Part shown: one piece after another, positions 43,352 through 49,235 of the stretch
Numbering within the stretch: the stretch's first letter is position 1
Layout of the letters: each line of letters opens with the position of its first letter
DNA from: a virus
Taxonomy: Duplodnaviria > Caudoviricetes
Virus record (IMG/VR): IMGVR_UViG_3300017548_000003
Location: 1 to 49,235 of that record
Reading direction: 5' to 3' (one strand)
DNA: 49,235 nt
Made by a program: the position numbers and the translations under genes
The notes under the pieces: model-generated
Told to the model about the DNA's origin: nothing
What the model saw: the letters and a program-made list of their open reading frames with translations, nothing else
The model's database searches: none

Positions 43352-43972
43352 ATGCGCAGCTATACCGCAGACCCCGCCGCCGCCCGCCAGGCCAACCAGA
43401 ACAACTACGTTGACCAGTCTGGCAAGTACATCGGCGAATTCACTCTGGCCGAGGCTGTGACCAGCCGACAAGGCACCGACGGCATCGAATTCTCGTTCAA
43501 GACCCGCGAGGGTCAGCAGGCCAATTACCTGACGCTTTGGACCCATAACGCGAAAGGCGAGGCACTGTACGGCTACAAGGTGCTGAGCGCCATCATGACC
43601 GTCATGGGCGTCCAGTCGCTGGAACCCAAACAGGGGAACATCAAGGCTCCGGATGGCAATCCGCGTCAAGTGACCGCCTTCCCCGCTCTGCACGGCAAGC
43701 CTATCGGGCTGGTCCTGCAAAAGGTGCTGTACACCAAGAACGACGGCAAGGATGGCTACAAGTTCAATATCTTCGCGCCCTTTAATGCGCGAACCGAGCT
43801 GACCGCCAAGGAAATGCTCGACGGCAACACCCAGCCCGTCGCGCTGGGCGGAATCATCGCCACACTGAAGGATAAGGACGAACGCACAGCCGGACATCCG
43901 GGCGCAGGACAAGCCAGCACCAACGGCATCCCTGACGACCCATTTGGTGACGACCTCGGCCAAGGCTTTTGA
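43352..43972 (+). CDS. Putative single-stranded DNA-binding protein (DUF669-like)
   Basis: Follows the Sak4-like gene; acidic C-terminal tail IPDDPFGDDLGQGF. Confidence 0.65.
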   Translation: MRSYTADPAAARQANQNNYVDQSGKYIGEFTLAEAVTSRQGTDGIEFSFKTREGQQANYLTLWTHNAKGEALYGYKVLSAIMTVMGVQSLEPKQGNIKAPDGNPRQVTAFPALHGKPIGLVLQKVLYTKNDGKDGYKFNIFAPFNARTELTAKEMLDGNTQPVALGGIIATLKDKDERTAGHPGAGQASTNGIPDDPFGDDLGQGF

Positions 43973-44007
43973 TCAACTATGGAGCGGCCCGACCGGGCCG
44001 ATAAAAC

Positions 44008-44511
44008 ATGACCACACTCGCACCCCTGTACGAGGTGGCCGGGGAAGCCCGCGCCATCTACGAAAAACTGATGGACCTGGACCTGGATGATCAGGCCATC
44101 CAAGACACCCTGGAAGCCGAAACCGACATGGTCCCGAAAGTCCAGTCCTACGGCTTCGTGATCCGCAACATGGAGGCTCTGGAATCGGCGGTGAACGCCG
44201 AGGCCGAGCGCCTGGCAACGCGGGCCCGGATCATCGCCAACCGGCGCGAAGCCCTCAAAAAGCGCCTGTTGGACGCCATGGTGTACTCAGGCATCCAGAA
44301 GGTCGAGCATCCGCAGTTCACGATCAGCGTGCAGAAGAACCCGCCCAGCGTGGATGTGTTCGACGAGCGCCAGATCCCTGCCGAATACATGACCGATCCG
44401 AAGCCGCCCGAGCCCAAGCCCAACAAGACGCTCATCAAGAAGGCGATTCAGGACGGCTTCGACGTACCGGGGGCGAAAATACAGCAAGGTTTCCGGCTGG
44501 CGGTTCGATAA
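44008..44511 (+). CDS. Siphovirus Gp157-family protein
   Basis: FTISVQKNPPSVDV...IPAEY...KTLIKKAIQDG..VPGA. Confidence 0.9.
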   Translation: MTTLAPLYEVAGEARAIYEKLMDLDLDDQAIQDTLEAETDMVPKVQSYGFVIRNMEALESAVNAEAERLATRARIIANRREALKKRLLDAMVYSGIQKVEHPQFTISVQKNPPSVDVFDERQIPAEYMTDPKPPEPKPNKTLIKKAIQDGFDVPGAKIQQGFRLAVR

Positions 44512-44517
44512 ATCGCC

Positions 44518-44538
44518 GGGGACCACCGCCGAGAGCCC
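44518..44538 (+). promoter_or_regulatory. Putative C4-type antisense target site (a1/b1-like)
   Basis: GGGGACC and GAGAGCCC are complementary to GGTCCCC (45344) and GGGCTCTC (45323). Confidence 0.5.
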
Positions 44539-44555
44539 CGCAGACGCCCCATTTT

Positions 44556-45230
44556 TCATAATTTGCCCGTGTTCTTCTTGTTGTGCTCTTGCTCGATCCT
44601 CGCTCTTATCTCACTCAAATCTGGCACGGACGCTCCATTGTAATCGGCTGAAATAGCTCGTATCGTTTTCATGTTCTTTGACAATTGCTTACCGACTGAC
44701 GCCAAGGCCTTTACCATTGACTCCCTGTTCACCTCCATATCTTCGCGCATCGTCCGCGCTATTCTCTGAAGAGTGATTTTCATGTTGATCGCTTCTTGGG
44801 CTACATATGCATATGGAGCTTGATGAAAATCAACCCCACTGAAAGCCAAAGCCAATTCCTCCAGGGCGGGCGCACAAAGCTTTCTCATTTTTTCGTAGTC
44901 TGGATATTTTTCCTTATCCTGGAAAACTTTCCTTTGTTTTACTGCCGTGCCGCTAGCCAGTCTTGCTATTGATACCACACCATCAAGCTGAGCCCTCCGA
45001 ATCTCTTCTTGATTTTCTCTGGTGCGCTTTGCTTGATGCGTTGAAATAAAAATTGCCGCTACAACAGCGAGTATTGACCCAATCGCCTGGACCCAGGCCG
45101 CCCCCTCTATCGATTGAAAGGCGGGATGCGCCAAGACGTAAATGGCTATGCCAACGATTGCGCCAATAACCATCCCAATTACCAAAAAGACGCACATGCC
45201 GTACACGGCGTGACGTTTTTCTCCATTCAT
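44556..45230 (-). CDS. Low-GC two-TM membrane protein (moron)
   Basis: Two N-terminal TMs with AAWVQAIGSILAV; GGAGG RBS; opposite to the PL operon. Confidence 0.8.
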   Translation of the reverse strand: MNGEKRHAVYGMCVFLVIGMVIGAIVGIAIYVLAHPAFQSIEGAAWVQAIGSILAVVAAIFISTHQAKRTRENQEEIRRAQLDGVVSIARLASGTAVKQRKVFQDKEKYPDYEKMRKLCAPALEELALAFSGVDFHQAPYAYVAQEAINMKITLQRIARTMREDMEVNRESMVKALASVGKQLSKNMKTIRAISADYNGASVPDLSEIRARIEQEHNKKNTGKL

Positions 45231-45311
45231 GATTCCGCCTCCTTTGTTTTGGCGAAATCATACCCCCAACCCCGCGAACCCAGGCCATCGGCCTCGGATA
45301 GTCGCGCCTAT

Positions 45312-45371
45312 ACCAGATCAACGGGCTCTCAAAAGCCAGCAGCGGTCCCCCATTCCTGCGCTCCCTGGCTG
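45312..45371 (+). ncRNA. Second C4-like antisense RNA
   Basis: GGGCTCTC-AAA followed by the AGCCAG...CTGGCT stem carrying a GGTCCCC loop. Confidence 0.45.
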
Positions 45372-45392
45372 CCCACCCTATTGGAGATTGAG

Positions 45393-45815
45393 ATGAGAAA
45401 AATTGCCGTGGCCATGCTGGCTGCACTCGCCCTTGCTGGCTGTAACGACGCCGACATCGCGTCACGCAACCTGTCGCAGGCCGCTGACAACTTCGAGATC
45501 AACCGCCGCATCGTGTTCTACAACGGGATCACTGGCGAATACATGCTGTCCATCGAGGGGCTTTGCTCCCTTGGTAATCGGGACGATCCACGCCAGCGGA
45601 CGGTGACATGCAAGACCGGCCCGGATGCCTACAAAAAGCATTTCCTCGGCCTATCGGACAACGTGACGTACTTCGCTGAACAGATTGATAGCGCGAACGT
45701 CAGCGCGTACCACTACCGCGTCATTTTCAAGCCGCAAACCATCGTGCCGGACGTCGATTTCCGGGGCAGCTCTGGCGCCCTGATGCGTGCAGTGACACCG
45801 GACTCGGGAGATTGA
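45393..45815 (+). CDS. Lipoprotein
   Basis: MRKIAVAMLAALALAGC lipobox; GGAG RBS. Confidence 0.85.
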   Translation: MRKIAVAMLAALALAGCNDADIASRNLSQAADNFEINRRIVFYNGITGEYMLSIEGLCSLGNRDDPRQRTVTCKTGPDAYKKHFLGLSDNVTYFAEQIDSANVSAYHYRVIFKPQTIVPDVDFRGSSGALMRAVTPDSGD

Positions 45816-45816
45816 C

Positions 45817-46185
45817 ATGACCCTGGACGAACTGAATGCCATCAGTCGCCGCGCGGGCGGCCTGCGTAGCGACAAAGAGAGCGCCACGCGTGCAGCAAAG
45901 GCGCTTGCGGAACAACGAAACGCTGACCCGGGTCAATCTGCCGAAGACCTGATTACGTCGATGTTTCGGAACTGGTGTTACGGCACCGACAAACAGGCCA
46001 GGGACGAGTTTTTCGCCGTGCTGGATGAATTCCTGCCCGACATGCTGCGCATCGCTGAAATGAGGCTGGAAGCCAAAGCGCGGGCGCTAGGCCAGCAAGA
46101 GCGGGCGCTGCGGGCGCAAGTGGCTGGATTTTTGGGCGAAGGCGAAGAAATCGCAGCCAGGGAAAGGCATGAGCACACCGCTTGA
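45817..46185 (+). CDS. Hypothetical protein
   Basis: GGAG RBS; 122 aa, helical. Confidence 0.7.
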   Translation: MTLDELNAISRRAGGLRSDKESATRAAKALAEQRNADPGQSAEDLITSMFRNWCYGTDKQARDEFFAVLDEFLPDMLRIAEMRLEAKARALGQQERALRAQVAGFLGEGEEIAARERHEHTA

Positions 46186-46393
46186 GGCTGCGAGCTGGAT
46201 TGATGCGGTCGTCCTGAAAACCAGGGCGGAGGCACTGGAGACTGCGCTGCAGGCCCTTCTGGACTGCATCGAGACGCCGCCAGACGCCAACTGCTCATGT
46301 CACCTGCATCCGCCCTGTTCGGATTGTGTGGAGCATGCCGCGCTGCGGGAAGCCCTGAATCTTGCCCGCATAGCAATGAGGATCGAATCATGA
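46169..46393 (+). CDS. Hypothetical protein with CSCH-x2-PPC-x2-C motif
   Basis: PPDANCSCHLHPPCSDC. Confidence 0.7.
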   Translation: MSTPLEAASWIDAVVLKTRAEALETALQALLDCIETPPDANCSCHLHPPCSDCVEHAALREALNLARIAMRIES

Positions 46394-46458
46394 GCCGAAA
46401 CAGCAAGCGCAAGCGTCAGCGCCCAGGCAGGGATTTTCCTGGGCCGTGGGAGGAATGA
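46390..46458 (+). CDS. 22-aa basic peptide (not in ORF track)
   Basis: MSRNSKRKRQRPGRDFPGPWEE; ATGA overlaps with both neighbours. Confidence 0.4.
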   Translation: MSRNSKRKRQRPGRDFPGPWEE

Positions 46459-46844
46459 TGGGCGCTCTACCGCCACTCGGCGCTTTCCTGCGGCCTATCG
46501 GCATGCATCGGTACGGGTACTGCATCCGAGTGATGCAGCTATTCGACCCCGCGGAGGATAAGAACCTCGATTTTCCCGCGATCGAATACGAGCGATGGGG
46601 CATGCGGGAAGGACAGCCGGTCGACGACGGCAACGTCAGGCGAGGAAGTTATCTCGACCTGCTGCCAGCCCTGGTCCCTGGCGTATGGCGCCCCGCAGTG
46701 CACACAGGCGAGCTCCCCCTATGCATTGGATACCGACGCGGAGACGAAGCGACGCGCTGGTGCCAGCCATCACGCCAGCTTGTCGAAACCTATTACCGCC
46801 TGATGCCGCTCAACGAGGCCGGGCAACTGGAGCTTTTCGCATGA
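46455..46844 (+). CDS. Hypothetical protein
   Basis: GGAGG upstream; ends in GQLELFA, a beta-clamp-binding-like motif. Confidence 0.65.
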   Translation: MMGALPPLGAFLRPIGMHRYGYCIRVMQLFDPAEDKNLDFPAIEYERWGMREGQPVDDGNVRRGSYLDLLPALVPGVWRPAVHTGELPLCIGYRRGDEATRWCQPSRQLVETYYRLMPLNEAGQLELFA

Positions 46845-47113
46845 TCGACGCCCGAACCCTCTTGCTTGCAGAGCAAGCCCACCGCGACGACGGCAATCAC
46901 GCCGCCGCCGATCTGCTGCGTGAAGCCGCCAGCACGATTGCCAGCCTGCGCACGGCCCTGAAACTCGCCCGCGCTCAGATCGCCGCCGAGCGTGATGTCC
47001 TGATCCTGTGCCATGGCATCGACGGCGTGATTCCGGCCACCGACCGCGAGGGACTTGCTGGCGTGGCCGATCTGAATGCCGTTCTGGCCCAAATTGATGA
47101 GGCTTTGAAATGA
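46841..47113 (+). CDS. Hypothetical protein
   Basis: ATGA coupling; AADLLREAASTIASLR modular motif. Confidence 0.65.
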   Translation: MIDARTLLLAEQAHRDDGNHAAADLLREAASTIASLRTALKLARAQIAAERDVLILCHGIDGVIPATDREGLAGVADLNAVLAQIDEALK

Positions 47114-47394
47114 CCATCGAAACCGAAAGAATCCGCGATGCTGCCGAGGTGCTGGACACCCTGACCAGCCAGCTACCGGCCGGCCACCAGTTACGCGCAG
47201 ACGCAGACGCTCGAGCGAAAAGCTGCGTTGCGGCGCTCTATTCCGCAGCCGATCACATTGACGCCCAGACAGCGGAGATAGCGCGACTGCGCGATGGCAT
47301 TGAAGAAGCGATTCGGTTGCTGGGCCTCGACCGGCCGATTGACCCAACTGACACGCTGCGCGCCGCCCTATCAGGAGAATCCAATGGCGGCTAA
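47110..47394 (+). CDS. Hypothetical protein
   Basis: ATGA coupling; AADHIDAQTAEIARLR motif. Confidence 0.65.
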   Translation: MTIETERIRDAAEVLDTLTSQLPAGHQLRADADARAKSCVAALYSAADHIDAQTAEIARLRDGIEEAIRLLGLDRPIDPTDTLRAALSGESNGG

Positions 47395-47623
47395 CTCGAA
47401 GTGGATCAAGCGCGAAGATGTCGCTGTATTCCGCGCATTCTGCGAAGCAAACGGACACGCTACCCGCGATCACACCGACCCCTTCCGGGATGGGTTTCAA
47501 GTGCGGCACCAAGGCCATTGGATGGCCGTCGTCTGGAGCAAGCCGTGGAACCGATACACCGCTGATCGCCGCCTTGGGCTGCTCGTGCAGTCCTTCGCTG
47601 CTGAAAGGAAAAGCCATGACTGA
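47384..47623 (+). CDS. Hypothetical protein
   Basis: AGGAG RBS before MAANSKW. Confidence 0.65.
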   Translation: MAANSKWIKREDVAVFRAFCEANGHATRDHTDPFRDGFQVRHQGHWMAVVWSKPWNRYTADRRLGLLVQSFAAERKSHD

Positions 47624-47840
47624 CCCGCACTGGTACGTGATGAGCAGAATCGGACTGCTGACTTTGTGCGCCGACGAGACGGATGCCCGCGCCGTCGCGG
47701 GCAGGTTTGACAAAGAATGGCCGGACGCGGCCCCGCATCGTGCCGTGCAGCTTGTGGCAGTCGAGGACATGGACGCCATGCGCCAGCGGATGTTTCAGCA
47801 AGGATGGGACGCCGGATACGCGGCCCGCGACGAGGAATGA
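47616..47840 (+). CDS. Hypothetical protein
   Basis: AAGGA RBS before MTDPHWY. Confidence 0.6.
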   Translation: MTDPHWYVMSRIGLLTLCADETDARAVAGRFDKEWPDAAPHRAVQLVAVEDMDAMRQRMFQQGWDAGYAARDEE

Positions 47841-47908
47841 TCATGAAAGACGTCATCGCCCGCATGATCGAGACGACGCGGAAAGAATGGAAATTGTAGG
47901 GAGGATGT

Positions 47909-48232
47909 ATGCTGACCCCCGCCGATTTGGCCGCAAGGCTGAACATCAGCAGGACAAAGGCGCGGCAACTAGCGGCGCCTGGGGGGCCGATCCCCTGCAT
48001 TCGGATCGGCCGGCTGATCCGATTCGATGAGCGCGACATTGTGGAGTATGAAGAGGCATGTCGATCTACTACGATAAAAAGCGCCGTCGATATCGCTTTG
48101 AGTTCGACCGCCTTATCCACGGAAACCGGGTCCGAGGCACGAAATTACTTCCGCAAACTTGGACTCAAGCCCAGGCCGACAAGTTCGACCGGGAGGAAAG
48201 CGGCAGGCTCTACGCAGTCGCCCAGGGCGTAG
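47909..48232 (+). CDS. xis: Excisionase-like HTH protein
   Basis: MLTPADLAARLNIS...IPCIRIGRLIRFD; GGAGG RBS; overlaps the int start. Confidence 0.8.
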   Translation: MLTPADLAARLNISRTKARQLAAPGGPIPCIRIGRLIRFDERDIVEYEEACRSTTIKSAVDIALSSTALSTETGSEARNYFRKLGLKPRPTSSTGRKAAGSTQSPRA

Positions 48233-49026
48233 AGCAGAATGTCCCGACAATCGATGTGGCAGTGGTCCACTACCTGAAGGCAAAGCAGCACCTGAAATCC
48301 CACATGCAGGCTGCCCAGCACTTAAACGCCACGCTGCCGTGGTATGAGGGCCGCAGGCTCAACGAGCTGCCGGATGTGGCCCAGGCCATCGCGGACGACA
48401 AGACGGGCGAGTGGAAGGCGGCGACGATCAAGCAGCGCATTGCTCTGCTTCGGGCCGCTTGCCGGCTGATCTGGCGAGACAGGCGGCTACAGATTCCAGA
48501 CCCGGCTGGGCATCTGGCGCTGCCCGAGGTCAATAATGCGCGGCAGGAATATGCGACTCGACTTGAAGTGCTGCGCATGTGCCGGGCCATTCCAAAGCGA
48601 GAGGCCCGCCGCATCATCCTGATCGCGTTTTATTCCGGCATGCGCCGCGGTGAAATCTGGAATGCAGAGGTTGCGGGCGGGAATTTCGTGCTGACCGACA
48701 CCAAAAACGGGGATCCGCGGATTGTGCCGATTGTGGGCAAGATCGCCTGCTACGCCCGCAAGCTGCCGCCGTCAATCAGCTACCGATCGCTCATGATTTG
48801 GCTGAAAAAAGGCGCGGCGGCAATCGGGCGGCCAGGATTGCGGCTGCACGATCTGCGGCACAGCGCGGCGTCCGGGATGGTGCAGGCCGGCGTGCCGCTC
48901 TACACTGTCGGCAAAGTGCTGGGCCACAAGTCGCAGGCATCGACGGCCAGATACTCGCATTTGGGCACCCAAGACCTGCACAATGCGCTGTCAGCAATCG
49001 GCAAAAAGAGTGTGGGGAAATCTTGA
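48058..49026 (+). CDS. int: Tyrosine recombinase / integrase
   Basis: SGMRRGE (R), TKNG (K), HDLRH, LGH and TARY (Y); adjacent to att. Confidence 0.95.
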   Translation: MSIYYDKKRRRYRFEFDRLIHGNRVRGTKLLPQTWTQAQADKFDREESGRLYAVAQGVEQNVPTIDVAVVHYLKAKQHLKSHMQAAQHLNATLPWYEGRRLNELPDVAQAIADDKTGEWKAATIKQRIALLRAACRLIWRDRRLQIPDPAGHLALPEVNNARQEYATRLEVLRMCRAIPKREARRIILIAFYSGMRRGEIWNAEVAGGNFVLTDTKNGDPRIVPIVGKIACYARKLPPSISYRSLMIWLKKGAAAIGRPGLRLHDLRHSAASGMVQAGVPLYTVGKVLGHKSQASTARYSHLGTQDLHNALSAIGKKSVGKS

Positions 49027-49029
49027 CAT
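49009..49029 (+). promoter_or_regulatory. Putative integrase arm-type site (right arm)
   Basis: AGTGTGGGGAAATCTTGACAT, 19/21 match to 150-170. Confidence 0.6.
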
Positions 49030-49044
49030 ACGACAGGCTTTCCC

Positions 49045-49105
49045 CTGTCTATATGTTCAGTATTTTGCACTGGATATACAGTAGTTTCACTGTTTGCCTA
49101 TACAG
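49045..49105. promoter_or_regulatory. Two LexA-type boxes in the attR arm
   Basis: CTGTCTATATGTTCAG (49045-49060) and CTGTTTGCCTATACAG (49090-49105), both CTG-N10-CAG. Confidence 0.55.
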
Positions 49106-49112
49106 CCTTTAT

Positions 49113-49159
49113 GGATTGCAAATCCGTGTACGTCGGTTCGATTCCGGCTTGCGCCTCCA
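49113..49159 (+). repeat. attR core (displaced tRNA-Cys 3' end)
   Basis: Identical to 77-123. Confidence 0.97.
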
Positions 49160-49168
49160 AATGAAATC

Positions 49169-49201
49169 AAGGACTTGCGTGTTGAACGCAGGTCCTTTTT
49201 T
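49169..49201 (+). terminator. Host terminator originally following the tRNA
   Basis: AAGGACTTGCGT-loop-ACGCAGGTCCTT followed by TTTT. Confidence 0.7.
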
Positions 49202-49235
49202 CATTCCAGCCCCATCCCCGCATCAGTGGCCACAG

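Larger units (their letters stand above)
77..49159. mobile_element. Apparently intact lambdoid siphovirus-type prophage
   Basis: Flanking att repeats; int/xis, cI/cro, replication, terminase, portal, capsid, tail, tape measure and lysis modules all present. Confidence 0.96.

Noticed and set aside
49113-49159. Second tRNA-Cys gene
   Set aside because: Only the 3' 47 nt are present; this is the attR duplication
49165-49177. IHF-like site AATCAAGGACTTG after attR suggesting a second integrated element
   Set aside because: Coincides with the terminator stem, and the window ends before any supporting gene
1-49235. CRISPR array, IS element or rRNA
   Set aside because: No regularly spaced repeats, transposase motifs or rRNA-like sequence seen

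Overview
The window is one apparently complete, ~49 kb lambdoid siphovirus-type prophage from a GC-rich proteobacterium (host lineage not determinable from sequence alone). It is integrated into a tRNA-Cys(GCA) gene, with a 47-bp direct repeat at 77-123 and 49113-49159. Order from the left: a small accessory island with the hallmarks of an anti-CRISPR (acr-aca) locus (259-1895); lysis genes; tail genes interrupted by a low-GC DprA + PRTase cassette with a LexA-type box, an Arc/Mnt-like antirepressor module and a KilA-N/P63C module with a C4-like antisense RNA; head and packaging genes; late control, nin and replication genes; the cro/cI switch with recognisable OR and OL operators; a ~2.8-kb cargo block between cI and PL; a highly structured, mostly non-coding PL leader; recombination genes; xis and int. 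The best leads are the acr-aca-like island (two operator-in-spacer promoters, an Aca10/Aca6-like HTH, an Aca2/YdiL-like protein with an extra C-terminal domain, two orphan candidate inhibitors), the possibly SOS-controlled DprA-PRTase cassette, LexA-type boxes in the attR arm, and two C4-like antisense RNA switches. Family assignments come from motif recognition and memory, not database searches. Several start codons were moved from the ORF track using RBS or stop/start overlap evidence.
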